Shown: positions 35,151 through 46,726, counted from the first letter of the stretch. The stretch: DNA of 64,000 bases from Spirochaetia bacterium (GCA_965198005.1 CBDAOI010000004.1:224001-288000); one strand, 5' to 3'. Program-made: numbers and translations. Notes: generated from the letters alone by a model not told the origin.

Positions 35151-36586
35151 TGAGGTGGTCCTGGAAAATTGGACAGGAGGTTAAGGTGTATTCGAGGCCA
35201 TGAGGAGGGCCAAGGAGATGGCGACGACACGACGTCGATTCACAGCGGAGTTCAAGGCACGGGTAGTGGTGGAAGCGTTGCGCGGTGACCGCACGATCCA
35301 GGAGATCGGGGCCAAGCACCACGTCCATCCGAACCAGGTGAGCGGCTGGAAACGGCAAGCACAGGATGGTCTGCGGGAACTGTTCGCGGACGGCGCCAGC
35401 CGCCGGCAGGCGGATCACGAGGCGACCATCCACGAGTTGCACGCGAAGATCGGCGAGTTGACGGTGGAGCGGGATTTTTTAGCACGCGGGCTCAAGCTCT
35501 GAGACGGGACGAACGACGGAAGATGATTGAACGTGACTACGAGAACTTGAGCTTGAGCCGGCAGTGCACCCTGCTTGGACTGAGCCGCTCGGCGTTGTAC
35601 TACACGCCGGTCGGCGAGAGCGCGGCGAACTTGGCGCTGATGCGGCGCATCGATGAGTTGTACCTGCAGTACCCGTTCTACGGCGCTCGGCAGATGGTAC
35701 GCCATCTGGCGCGTGAGGGGGTGACCGTCGGTCGGCACCGGGTGCGGCGGCTGATGCGGCTGCTGGGCTTGGAGGCGATCTACCGCAAGCCGCGGCTCAG
35801 CGTCGCGAACCCGGAGCATCGGGTGTATCCCTATCTGCTGGCGGGGGCTGACGATCGACCGCGCGAATCAGGTGTGGTGCGCGGATATCACCTACATCCC
35901 GGTGCAGGGCGGGTTCCTGTACTTGGTGGCGATCATGGACTGGGCCAGCCGGCGGGTGCTGGCGTGGCGGCTGTCCAACACGTTGGACACCCGGTTCTGT
36001 GTCGAGGCACTGGAGGAAGCGCTGGAGATGTACGGCACCCCGGAGATCTTCAACACCGATCAGGGGAGCCAGTTCACCAGCATCGCGTTCACGGAGCTGC
36101 TGGAGGCAGCGGGCGTGCGCTGTTCGATGGACGGTCGCGGTCGTTGCCTGGACAATGTGTTCATCGAGCGGCTGTGGCGGTCCCTGAAGTACGAAGCGGT
36201 CTACCTGCACGAGTTGGCGGACGGCTTCGTGGCGCAGCGGGTGATCGACGAGTGGATCGAGTTCTACAACGAGGTGCGACCGCACTCGGCACTCGGTGGC
36301 CGGACGCCGTCCGAGGCCTACCGCGGCGTCGCGGCGCCCGGACGGGAGGTGGCGTAGCGGACATGAGGAGCAGGTGGCAATTGCGGGTTCCGAGGTCAGA
36401 GGGCGAGCGGGTGTGCGATCCGGTGCGGGGAGTTATCCACAATGTCCACAGGATCAAGCCCCCCCTCCCCCAGACCCCCACCCCCTGTTACCGCCACCTG
36501 TTTTTGACAGGGAGGGGTGGGTTGACAGACAACGGAATACACCTTAACTTACCCCCCGGGCTGTCCAACCAACCGGGACCACCTCA
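35151..36586 (+). mobile_element. IS3-family element, copy 1 (orfA 35218-35502; orfB 35523-36357 with 1-nt frameshift)
   Basis: TG...CA inverted repeats TGAGGTGGTCC..TTGGACAG; WCADITY, NTDQGSQF and IERLWRSLKYE motifs. Confidence 0.95.
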
Positions 36587-37255
36587 GATGAAGCGGCGGC
36601 ATGACGTGGCAGCGCTACCTATCACGCCACCACGATCCGGTCGGGCACCACCGGCCAACCGTCACTACCGGTTGGCCCGCGACATCAGCACAATGGCGAT
36701 ACCTGCGATCCGGCAAAAGGGGCCATTGGGCGATTCAGAGGGAGCGCGAAGGCCCCTTCGACAAGCGGAGTGCAGACCAACCTCGGCCTGCTCTTCGTAG
36801 CGATGCGCCATCCTTCCTTGGTCTCCTGTCGCGCCAGAGCACGACGCCGACTGACGTTTTTGTCAGCGTCGCTCGGCCGCGAGCGCCACTTCTCTGCGAT
36901 GGCCCGTAGTGTCCGGTCACGGGGCCCACGAACGGACGACGCGTCAGTCGTGTGATGAGTTACCCGTGCACTTCGCCGACTGGGTCTGCGGTGCCCGATG
37001 ATGCGCAGACACTACGATGCCAGGCGCTGCTTCGAGTTGACCGGCCAGGTCACGCCCATCCACCGCCCGGCGCTCGTGGACCTGGTCGGCCGCGTTCCGG
37101 GCGCGCCTCCGGAATAGCCAAGTCGCTCCCAGCCCACGACGTCCTGTCGCGGGGCCAGGAGCTGCATGCCACCCGTGGCGCCAGGGAGGGTGCCACGGGT
37201 GGAGGTCACCGTTCCTCCGGCGTGACACCGGGTCCGGAGCCGCATGATCGCTCTC

Positions 37256-38188
37256 TTAAACCGACCTGGCGGCAACGGCACCCAGACGTCCACCACCGCC
37301 CCGCAGCCGCGGGTCGAGCAGGTCCCTTAGTGCATCGCCGAACATGTTAAAAGTGTAAACGACAATCGTCAGGCACAGCCCCGGCCAGAGCGCCAGCCAT
37401 GGCGCCACCTCCATGTACTGACGCCCTTCCCGGCTGAGCAGCCCTCCCCAGCTGGGGATCTCGGTCGGCAGACCGAAACCGAGGAAGCTCAAGGAAGCCT
37501 CAGACATAATCACCGCACCGATGTTGATGCTGAATATGACGATTACGGTAGGCGCAATATTGGGCACGACATGTCGAATAAGTACTCTCAGTTTTGTATT
37601 GCCAATCACCTCTGCCATCTGAAAATAGGCATTCTCCTTTACACCAATAACAGCGCTTCTAATTAATCTCGAGCCGCCGATTCCTCCAGATATCCCCAGC
37701 ACCAGTATTATCTGTAACAGCCCCCGGCCGGCTATGGACATTATGGTCAATAACACCAGAAGTCCTGGGAAGGCCATCCAGGCATCGACGAATCTCTGCA
37801 CGACCAAGTCGAATTTGCCACCGAGGTACCCCGAAGTGCCGCCTATCATGACAGCCACCACAACATTGAGAGCAGTCGCCGCGAGACCGACAGTCAGCGA
37901 AAGACGAGCTCCGTAGATAAGGCGGCTCAACAAATCTCGCCCCAGCTGGTCGGTACCCAGCAGATACTGGGCTGATGGGGCTTTCAGCCTGTCTATCATG
38001 TGCACTTCAAGGAATCCGTAAGGAGCCAGAATATCAGCAAAGATAGCAACCAGAATCAATATCAATATGATAATCCCGCTGGCAGTACCTAGCGGCTTCT
38101 CCCTCCACAGCCTGACTAAGAAACCGAGCGGCCCCGCATATCTCTCTGATTGGCTTACTGCGGATGGTATCCCTTTGGCGTCACTCAT
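37256..38188 (-). CDS. Peptide ABC transporter permease (DppC/OppC-like)
   Basis: LGTDQLGRD and EASLSFLGFG motifs. Confidence 0.93.
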   Translation of the reverse strand: MSDAKGIPSAVSQSERYAGPLGFLVRLWREKPLGTASGIIILILILVAIFADILAPYGFLEVHMIDRLKAPSAQYLLGTDQLGRDLLSRLIYGARLSLTVGLAATALNVVVAVMIGGTSGYLGGKFDLVVQRFVDAWMAFPGLLVLLTIMSIAGRGLLQIILVLGISGGIGGSRLIRSAVIGVKENAYFQMAEVIGNTKLRVLIRHVVPNIAPTVIVIFSINIGAVIMSEASLSFLGFGLPTEIPSWGGLLSREGRQYMEVAPWLALWPGLCLTIVVYTFNMFGDALRDLLDPRLRGGGGRLGAVAARSV

Positions 38189-38204
38189 GCTGGTTGTTTC
38201 CCCT

Positions 38205-39224
38205 TTAACTATAGCGGACCCTCGGGTCCAAATAGGGATAAATCAGGTCTATCATGAGATTGATTCCCACAACCGCGGTGGCGAACAACAGGTTTACTCC
38301 GGAGACCACCGGGTAGTCTCTTTCACTGAGCGCGATCACCATAAGACGACCCAGACCCGGCAGGTTGAATATGTTCTCCATGATAACCGAGCCACCTACC
38401 AGGATAGGCAACTGCATGCCCACCAGGGTAACAATCGGCATGAATGCATTCTTGAGGGCGTGTCTCATGATGACTACCCTCTCCTTCAATCCCTTGGACC
38501 AAGCCGTCCTGATATAGTCTTGCCTGAGCACCTCCAGCATCATCGTACGCGTCATCCGCATGGTGGCAGCGGACATGGCCGTCCCCAGAATAAGGCTGGG
38601 AATGATGAACACCCGCACATTCCCCAGCGGGTCTTCGGTCAAAGGAATCCACTCCATCGGCGGTGACCAACCCCACCAGATCGCAGGGAAGATCATGACC
38701 ATAATTCCCAGCCAGAAGTTAGGCGTGGCCAGGCCGATGATGGCGACCGAGCGCCCCAGGTAGTCGGCGGGCGTATCCTGGCGAATCGCCGAGTAAATGC
38801 CCACCGGCAGGGCTATCACCAGCCCGATTACGATTGCCATGACGCCAACCTCAATGGTTACCGCCAATCTACCTACTATATGCTCCTCTACCGAAAGAGG
38901 GCTGAACAGAGATTGGCCAAGGGTGCCTTGGAGGAGACCTTTAAAGTGCGACTCACCGGTAAACCAGTCAGGGATCGGCAACACTCCCATCCAGCGTCCA
39001 TACTGCACCCAGACAGGCACGTCTAATCCCATCATACGTAGAAGAGCTTCACGGTCTATCGCCGACTCCGACCACCCGGGGCCACCAGCAATGGAGTCCA
39101 CCCGAGCTTGAATTACGTCTATTACATCACCGGGAAGGAAGCGGACCAGGAGAAAGACCAGGATGGTCAATATGAAGAGGGTGGGAATTATCAGCAATAA
39201 CCTCCTGATGATATAGGCTCTCAT
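38205..39224 (-). CDS. Peptide ABC transporter permease (DppB/OppB-like)
   Basis: MRAYIIRRLL, DYIRTAWSKGL and LDPRVRY motifs. Confidence 0.93.
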   Translation of the reverse strand: MRAYIIRRLLLIIPTLFILTILVFLLVRFLPGDVIDVIQARVDSIAGGPGWSESAIDREALLRMMGLDVPVWVQYGRWMGVLPIPDWFTGESHFKGLLQGTLGQSLFSPLSVEEHIVGRLAVTIEVGVMAIVIGLVIALPVGIYSAIRQDTPADYLGRSVAIIGLATPNFWLGIMVMIFPAIWWGWSPPMEWIPLTEDPLGNVRVFIIPSLILGTAMSAATMRMTRTMMLEVLRQDYIRTAWSKGLKERVVIMRHALKNAFMPIVTLVGMQLPILVGGSVIMENIFNLPGLGRLMVIALSERDYPVVSGVNLLFATAVVGINLMIDLIYPYLDPRVRYS

Positions 39225-39470
39225 GTCACACTCCTCGTTGCACTCTCTCCCCCGTCATTGCGGTGAAAACCGCAATCCACTCAGACCATCCCCTTGCCCG
39301 GCTGGCGCGGCACTCTCTAAGGTGCGGATCACTCGATAGCACACCGGTAGCCCATCCTTGGTGACGGCCCCATCCCCCCGCCTGCCAAAGCCTTGTGCGG
39401 CCTGCCTGCGCTAAAGCTTCAGCGAAGGCAAGCGGGGAGGCTCATCGCTGACGCTCCTCGCAATGACAAC

Positions 39471-39515
39471 GGAAATGGGAGCTGGGAAGCCTGAACCTCC
39501 CAGCTCCCTTTTTCC
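39471..39515. terminator. Intrinsic-terminator-like hairpin between the binding protein and permeases
   Basis: gggagctggga-loop-tcccagctccc followed by ttttt. Confidence 0.6.
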
Positions 39516-39681
39516 GCTGAGGTCAGCCACAAGGGGTGGCCGGGTAGAAGCGCGGACCAGCTCGCTCTTTCGATTGCGAGGCAGGTCACTACGTACCCAA
39601 ACTGGCGGTGCGCCGCCTGCGATAATTGATACGGCCGGTCCTTCCCCGGCTGGAATGCAGTCTTGTCGGCTGCTCGAAACC

Positions 39682-41514
39682 CTAATGACCCATTGCTTCC
39701 TTCAGCGCACTATCAATCCAGAGGCGGGCGAAGACAACATGGTTTTGGGCTGTTCCAAAGCCGCCTTCGGCGTTATAACCTTTCACCCACGGCTGGTGTA
39801 CGCTAAACACTGGGGCCAAAGGTCCCCAGAGGAACCAGTGCTGCTCTACGATGCGCATGTCCATCTCTTTAGTCAGCCTCATCGCCTCCTCTATCGTGGT
39901 AGCCTGTAAATTGGCTTCATAAAAGGCGTCATATTGCGCGTCGGAGACTCCAGAAAAACTCCGTGCAGTGGCCGAGTAAAACTGTGACTGTGCCCACAAT
40001 GGGTAGAACGGATCAGCCTTGATGCCCGCATTCCACCAGGCCATATCATAGTCTGCCGCGCCTATTCGAGCCCCATATTCTGCACCACTTGAAGGTACCT
40101 CAATAACCACATCAACGCCAATCTCACGCCAGTATGCTGCCTGTAATTCTGTCCAGCTCAAATCCTCCGCGGGGTGGAGCACAAACGTGGCCTTGAATCT
40201 AATGCCGTCAGCGCCACGAGCATATCCAGCCTCATCAAGCAACGCTTCTGCCCTTGCCTGGTCATAGGTATAGTATCCCTTAAGCTCTTGGGGCCACTCT
40301 TCAAATGGTACGTGCCACCCCTTGAAGTCCCTGGCGATCAGCCCCCGAGGTATCGTATCCGCCTGACTCTTATAGTAGGTAGCATTCATCGTCTCGAGGT
40401 CCAGTGCCATCTGCAGTGCGTGGCGCACCCTGATGTCGTCCCCCCAGAGCGGCCTGCGCTGGTTCAAACTGACAGAAGTATTCGACCGTTCTGACCACGT
40501 GTGGAACACGAGTTCGGGGTTGGTCCGCATGATGCTCTCTGCCAGGTCTAGAGCCGTTAATTGAGAGGCGCCCGGCCAACCTATGAAATGGATCCTTCCA
40601 CTGCGCAGTCCTGCCAGAACTGTTGCGTTTTCCGTGATAGAGAGGCTCTTTAGCTCGTCAATATACGGCAGGAGGTTCTCCGGGAATTTTTCGTCGTAAC
40701 CCCAGTAGTTGGGATTCTTGGTGAAGGTCATAGAGCTGCCCGGCACCAAGTCAGTTAGCATAAAGGGGCCGGTGCCGACCACGCTCTGCCACTCCCAATC
40801 GGCCCCGTATTCCTCGAGTAGCTCGGGGGGCTGCACAACCGCATTGTTCCAGTCCAAGATAAGGCCCAGGCCACGGAGTCTTTGCTCCTTCAGCTTCATA
40901 ACGACCGTATATTTGTCGGTGGCCACTATCGATTCCCAAGGCAAATCTAGAAGGTTACCTCCTCCTGGGGAAGGTTCGGCTTCACTGAACTCGGTCCCTG
41001 TCAATTTATTTCCCAACAAGCGGTGAAAGGAATGTTCTACATCCTCGGCAGTTAGCTCCCGACCGTTCACCGGCGGCTTATCATGCCAGTGAACGCCCTG
41101 GCGGATGTGGAAGATATAGGTTGTGTCGTCAGGCTGTTCCCAGCTTTCCGTCAGCGCCCCCCGTAGGGCGTATACAGGTGTAAGGTAGCCGCCGACAAAG
41201 GGATATGTGTCCCTATCTATTGCCCAGTTCGTCATGGCCAGTTTCTCTATAACGCCACTGAGAATGTTTAGCGTTCCCCCACCGCCAATATGGGCATCCG
41301 GTCGACGGCTGGCGGGATCCAATCTCATGACCTGGGTCATTGTCCCGCCATACTCTGGCGCGGGCACCACCTGACCTGTGCTGGGGTCGGTCACATACTT
41401 CTTGTCGGCAGCGGCTGCCGGCTCCTCTTCTGCGCCAGCGGCCCAGAGGCCGGTCGCGGTCATTACGAGGACCAACGCAACCGCGAAGGTCTTCGTCATT
41501 CGTACAATATTCAT
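39682..41514 (-). CDS. Family 5 ABC substrate-binding protein
   Basis: Signal peptide ...LWAAGAEEE; FHIRQGVHWHD, VGTGPF and NPNYW motifs. Confidence 0.92.
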   Translation of the reverse strand: MNIVRMTKTFAVALVLVMTATGLWAAGAEEEPAAAADKKYVTDPSTGQVVPAPEYGGTMTQVMRLDPASRRPDAHIGGGGTLNILSGVIEKLAMTNWAIDRDTYPFVGGYLTPVYALRGALTESWEQPDDTTYIFHIRQGVHWHDKPPVNGRELTAEDVEHSFHRLLGNKLTGTEFSEAEPSPGGGNLLDLPWESIVATDKYTVVMKLKEQRLRGLGLILDWNNAVVQPPELLEEYGADWEWQSVVGTGPFMLTDLVPGSSMTFTKNPNYWGYDEKFPENLLPYIDELKSLSITENATVLAGLRSGRIHFIGWPGASQLTALDLAESIMRTNPELVFHTWSERSNTSVSLNQRRPLWGDDIRVRHALQMALDLETMNATYYKSQADTIPRGLIARDFKGWHVPFEEWPQELKGYYTYDQARAEALLDEAGYARGADGIRFKATFVLHPAEDLSWTELQAAYWREIGVDVVIEVPSSGAEYGARIGAADYDMAWWNAGIKADPFYPLWAQSQFYSATARSFSGVSDAQYDAFYEANLQATTIEEAMRLTKEMDMRIVEQHWFLWGPLAPVFSVHQPWVKGYNAEGGFGTAQNHVVFARLWIDSALKEAMGH

Positions 41515-42662
41515 AACGAACTCCATAGAGTAGTTTCTTGAGAGTATTGCGTAGCGGATTACCGCTCCCTGGCTACTCTCGGGCCCGCAACGCGGACGGC
41601 CAGTCTGAGTCAGATTCACTAAGCGCGCGGCGTGTGACTCAGCGGGTTCACCCCGGCTCACGCCGCGCGCGCGTGCGGTTCTTTGAGTATCATTCGAACC
41701 TCCTTCTTCTCTAGATCTACGTCGGGATCTGCGTTACAATCCCACGCGGGGCGGTGGCCGGCGAAGCAGCGAGTCTGAATGGCCGGCAACGCCGGCGGTG
41801 AGTCTTGCCGGCAGTCAGTCGCAGGCGGGGATCCGGGACGGTTGCGATCGCCGGGAAGGGCGTGGCCGGTCCGCATGCCGGTTTTGCGATGGACCGAGCC
41901 GGCGCAACCGATAGCTATAGCTACGGCGGTGGTGAAGGCGCCCGCGTGCGCGGGGTCGCGTACGCGGCGATCAGCCGGGGCGGTTAGTTGTTTGTCGGTT
42001 CGAAAAAGTGTGTGTGGGGGGGGGGACTCCTCACCATTAAGCAAGCGCGCCGCGAGCTGATTTTCAGCAAATCTCGGCGAGCGGCTGTCAGGGGAACAGA
42101 GTGTCATAAGCGTTGACGTGTTATAGGTCACTCAAGCCCTCCGCAGGTGAGGCACAGCCCTACCCAGATGTAGTCGCGATGTCGCGATTGACTGCATCCC
42201 ACCCTAGAATAACCTCCGCTCCCGTGGACGTCAACCACGAATGATGGCCTGAAGAGACAGTCTGGGGGGCCCACCATTTGTCAACCCCCGCCGCGAAAGG
42301 ATTTCCGGGGAGGGGGGGATGGGCAAGGGTAGGACACGCCGGCTGCGCTGCCGCTAACCGGTGGCAGCGCTGAGTAGCGTTTTCAGCCATCTTTTGCATC
42401 CGTTCAAACCTGAGACTCTTAGTATACCACCTCTGCGGCAACCAATCAACAGAAAAAAACAGGCGAATTGAAGGTTTCTTGAGATTTCTTTCAGGCAGCC
42501 GCGGCAGCCGAGAGCCCCTCGCGGCGCCGACTCGGGCGCATCGCCCCTCCGGAGCCGTCATTCGCCGGCGATGTGGCCGTCCCCAGGCCGTTCACCGTCC
42601 ACGTCGGCCTCACAGCGGCCCGCTGAGGGCCTTCCAGCCCCTCGGGGGTAAGCCTGGGGTAC

Positions 42663-44573
42663 GAGCGCCAGGCTAACTGGCATATGACAGAGGGTGAAAG
42701 TCCCTCGGAACGAAGGAGCAGCCAATCCACGTTTCTCCGCGAGCCGTGCGTTGGCACCTGCGAGGGTGCAGGCGAAGCGTCGGCAGCGGTGCGTGCGGGC
42801 AGAGTTATGGAGCGCCGCAAAATACGACATCTGGAGTGCCGAGACTCTGTACTCGGTCGAAGGCAACACCGGTCGAGCCAGTATGGTGAGGATCGACCGG
42901 GCTCCACGGCGTCGAAGAACTCAGGCACGTACGTACGTCATATACCGGGACCTGGGAGGTCTTCGGGTCGTCCCGGCGAGTCGTCGCCGGGACCGCGGAG
43001 GGAAGGCGTGAGGCTGGACCAAAGATGAACGACCCGAAGGAGTCGGACATGGGCATAGTAGCGGCGAAGCCGGCGAACAAGGGAGCGCAAGCGACTGCGG
43101 AGACGGTGGAGCGAAGGCCCATGACCAACGGGAATTCGCAAGGCCAAAGCACGGGCCGGACGCAGAGTCGGGCAACCGTGACACAGGCGGCCGAGCGGAT
43201 ACGGCAATTCGTAAAGAGAGAACCGCAGGAGAAACTCACTGCGCTGCTGCACCACGTGACGCCGGAAGCGCTGGGTGGCCTATTACGCGCTGAAGCGCGA
43301 AGCGGCCCCGGGGGTGGACGGGATGACGTGGCGGGAGTACGAGACGGGGTTGGAAGTGCCTTGCACGACCTGCACCGGAGAGTACACACAGGAGCGTACC
43401 GAGCGACCCCGGTACGGCGGGTCAACATCGACAAGCCGGACGGAGGCACACGACCGCTGGGGGTGGCCGCGCTGGAGGACAAGATCGTCCAGAAGGCCGT
43501 GGTGGATGTGATCCTGACACCGATCTATGAGGAGGAATTTCTCGGGATCAGCTATGGGTTTCGACCGGGGCGAGGGGCACACGATGCGTTGGACGCACTG
43601 GCCTACGCCATCGAACGGCGCAAAGTGAACTGGATATTGGACGCGGACATTCGCGGCTACTTCGATTCGATCTCGCGGGACTGGTTGATCAGATTCCTGG
43701 AGCATCGGATTGGAGATCGGCGGGTACTGCGGCTGATAAAGAAGTGGCTGCGCGCTGGGGTACTGGAAGAAGGCCGACAGATCGACGCGGGGCGGGGTAC
43801 AGCGCAAGGGTCGGTGATTTCACCGATGCTCGCGAATATATACTTGCACTACGTGTTGGACCTGTGGGTCACCAAGAAGTGGCGGCCGCAGGAGGCGCGC
43901 GGAGACATGATCATAGTGCGCTACGCAGATGACTATGTCGCCGGGTTCGAGCATCGTGACGATGCGGAACGCTTCCTGCGGGAACTGAAGGAGCGATTCA
44001 GAGGCTTCGAGCTGGAACTGAACGCCGACAAGACCCGACTCCTCGAGTTTGGACGGTATGCCGAAAGGAACCGCCTGGCGCGCGGAGAAGGGCGACCGGA
44101 GACGTTCGACTTTCTGGGTTTCACGCATTATTGCAGGAAGGACAGGAAAGGACGCTTCGGGCTGGGGCGGAAGCCAATTCGGAAGCGGATGAATCGTACC
44201 TGAAGAGGATCAAGATCGAGCTCCGCAGACGCATGCATGATGACGTGATGGAAACCGGGCGCTGGCTGGGACGGGTACTGCGCGGATGGCTCAACTACTA
44301 CGCGGTACCCACCAGCTACCGCTACCTGTTCGATTCGTGTGGCGTCTGCGAGGAATCTGGGTAAAGATTCTACGCCGGAGGTCCCAGAAGGACCGATTCT
44401 CCTGGGCTTGGATGCTGGCGATCAGCATCAAGCTGTGGCCCCAACCCCGAATCGTACACTCATGGCCGGACCGGCGATTTGCCGTCAACCACCGAAGGTA
44501 GGAGCCGGATGGTTTAACGACCACGTCCGGATCTGTGCGGGGGGCGCCGGGTAACCGGCGTTCCTACCGCGCC
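42663..44573 (+). mobile_element. Group II intron, copy 1 (bacterial class E-like)
   Basis: 5' GAGCG; domain V GAGCCGGATG...CACGTCCGGATC and domain VI; boundaries defined by comparison with copy 2 (3' end +/-1 nt). Confidence 0.9.
43025..44501 (+). CDS. Intron-encoded reverse transcriptase/maturase with several frameshifts, no endonuclease domain
   Basis: KPDGGTRPLG, SYGFRPGR, QGSVISP, RYADD, FDFLGF and GWLNYY motifs. Confidence 0.9.
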
Positions 44574-44771
44574 CCCCTGCAACACCCGTCAACGCCGATT
44601 CCCGGCACCGCTGGCTCCGTATTGACCGCGCCGCCACCGCCCGCAGCCCAGCCTGGTCGGGTCGCAGCCACCTCCAGGACCAGCTACAGGAGTCTGTCGG
44701 ATTGCGACAGACTCATAGCGGTCGGACGGGATGGGCCAAAAGCGGCGCCCCGGCGGTTTTGGGGCGCTAGG

Positions 44772-45027
44772 CGACGGCAGACCTCCTCGAGCGTCAAGCC
44801 GCCGCTCCGTCAGTCGCCGCGCGCGGGGGGAATGGGCCGTTGCTGCGGCCGTCGCGGCGCTCCGGAGGTGCAACCGCGAGCCGCTCGTCGGTTGAGTTCG
44901 AGGCTGCTCGGACAGGAGCGGCAGCACGAGCGCCGCCGCGGCGACGATCTCGGCACTCGGACCCGTTCAGGGCCGGCATTCACCGCCGATTGGCCGGCCC
45001 CCTGAGGGCCTTCCAAACCCAGGGAGG
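44772..45027. repeat. Repeated GC-rich non-coding element, copy B
   Basis: Near-identical to 46072-46363 apart from a roughly 35-nt gap. Confidence 0.9.
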
Positions 45028-46068
45028 TGCTCACCGGGGCGCGCATCCGTGAAGACCTGCAGGGCTGCGACGGGCTGCGCTGGATCACGACCTTGCGCGT
45101 GCCTACCATCCGCAAGCTGATTGCGAACGGTCAGGTGGCGCAGTCGATGTTCGACCAGCGTGATCTGGCCGAGATCAGCTCACCCGACTTCCCCCGCGAG
45201 CGGCTGATCGTGTGCCGCAACCCGGTGTTGGCTGACCAACGCCACCGCAAGCGGCTGGAGTTGCTGGCCGCCACCGAGGACAAGCTGGCCCCCATCGTGA
45301 GAGCCACGCAGCGTGCCAAAGATCCGCTGCGCGGCGCCGCTGAGATCGGTATGCGGGTGGGCAAGGTGATCAATCAGCACAAGGTGAGCAAGCATTTCAT
45401 CACCACGATCACTGAGGACTCATTCACCTATGAACGTGACCTCGAGAAGATCGCTGCCGAAGAAGAACTGGACGGGCTGTACATCGTCCGCTCCAACGTC
45501 GAGCCGGAGTTGTTCGACGCCGATCAGACGGTACGCGCGTACAAGGACCTGTCCAAGGTAGAGCGCGCCTTCCGCAGTATGAAGACGGTGGATCTGAAGG
45601 TGCGCCCGATCTACCACCGGCGCGCTGACCGGGTACGGGCGCACGTACTGTTGTGCATGCTGGCCTACTACGTGGAGTGGCACATGCGCAGCGAGTTGGC
45701 GCCGGTGCTGTTCGATGACCACGATCCGGAGGCGGCACAGCAGCAACGGTCATCGGTGGTGCGACCGGCACAGCGGTCGCCCCGGCGGCACAGAAGAAGG
45801 CGGCCAGGAAGCGCACCGCTGACGATCTGCCGGTGCACAGTTTTCGCAGCCTGATGAACGACTTGGGGACTCTGACGGTCAACAAGATGCAACTTGCCAA
45901 GGCAGGGAGCACGTTCTTGCTGCCGACGCAGCCGACACCGGTGCAGCAGCGCTGCTTCGAGCTACTGGGGGTATCGCCCCGGATGTAGCCACGCACGGCA
46001 CATGCCATTTTGAGCGTAACTATATGACCCCTCGTGACTTACCAAGCATTTGGCTCTGGAACTTCGGG
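45027..46068 (+). mobile_element. IS1634-family transposase 3' half with right end
   Basis: RLIVCRNP, LDGLYIVRSN, YKDLSKVERAFR and RVRAHVLLCMLAY motifs; frameshift near 45780; end GGAACTTCGG. Confidence 0.85.
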
Positions 46069-46071
46069 CTA

Positions 46072-46363
46072 CGACGGCAGACCTCCTCGAGCGTCGAGCC
46101 GCTGCTCCGTCAGTCGCCGCACGCGGGGGGAGGGGCCGTTGCTGCGGCCGTCGCGGCGCTCCGGTGGTGCAACCGCGAGCCGCTCGTCGGTTGAGTTCGA
46201 GGCTGCTCGGACAGGAGCGGCAGCACGAGCGCCGCCGCGGCGACGATCTCGGCACTCGGACCCGTTCAGGGCCGGCATTCACCGCCGATTGGCCGGCAGC
46301 GGGCCGCTCGGCGTCCGAGTCGGCCTCATAGCGGCCCCCTGACGGCCTTCCAAACCCAGGGAG
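46072..46363. repeat. Repeated GC-rich non-coding element, copy C (continues at 51191 after intron copy 2)
   Basis: Direct repeat of 44772-45027; diverged homolog at 42555-42662. Confidence 0.88.
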
Positions 46364-46726
46364 GGCGCGGTAGGAACGCCGGTTACCCGGCGCCCCCCGC
46401 ACAGATCCGGACGTGGTCGTTAAACCATCCGGCTCCTACCTTCGGTGGTTGACGGCAAATCGCCGGTCCGGCCATGAGTGTACGATTCGGGGTTGGGGCC
46501 ACAGCTTGATGCTGATCGCCAGCACACCGACCCTTGCGCTGTACCCCGCCCCGCGTCGATCTGTCGGCCTTCTTCCAGTACCCCAGCGCGCAGCCATTAT
46601 GGGCCCCCCGCTAATATGGGAACCTGGGCGCCATGAGCCGTTGCGTGGCAAGCGGTTAGGGGCTGAACAGGTTCCCATAACGTGCTGTCATCTCCCGGTG
46701 GTTTCTTACCACGAAGGAGATGAATC

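Noticed and set aside
35835-35850. Frameshift in IS3 copy 1 orfB and those in the RT and IS1634 genes as programmed recoding
   Set aside because: The paralogous copies of IS3 orfB and of the RT 5' part lack them; decay or sequencing error is more likely
36587-37250. Short ORFs between IS3 and the permease
   Set aside because: No recognisable motif or RBS; probably degraded sequence
43025-44501. RT as retron, DGR or defence RT
   Set aside because: Flanked by group II domain V/VI and duplicated with intron boundaries; no template/variable repeat pair seen
44772-46363. CRISPR array or integron attC array
   Set aside because: Repeats are long and few, with no regular spacers, cas genes or integron integrase
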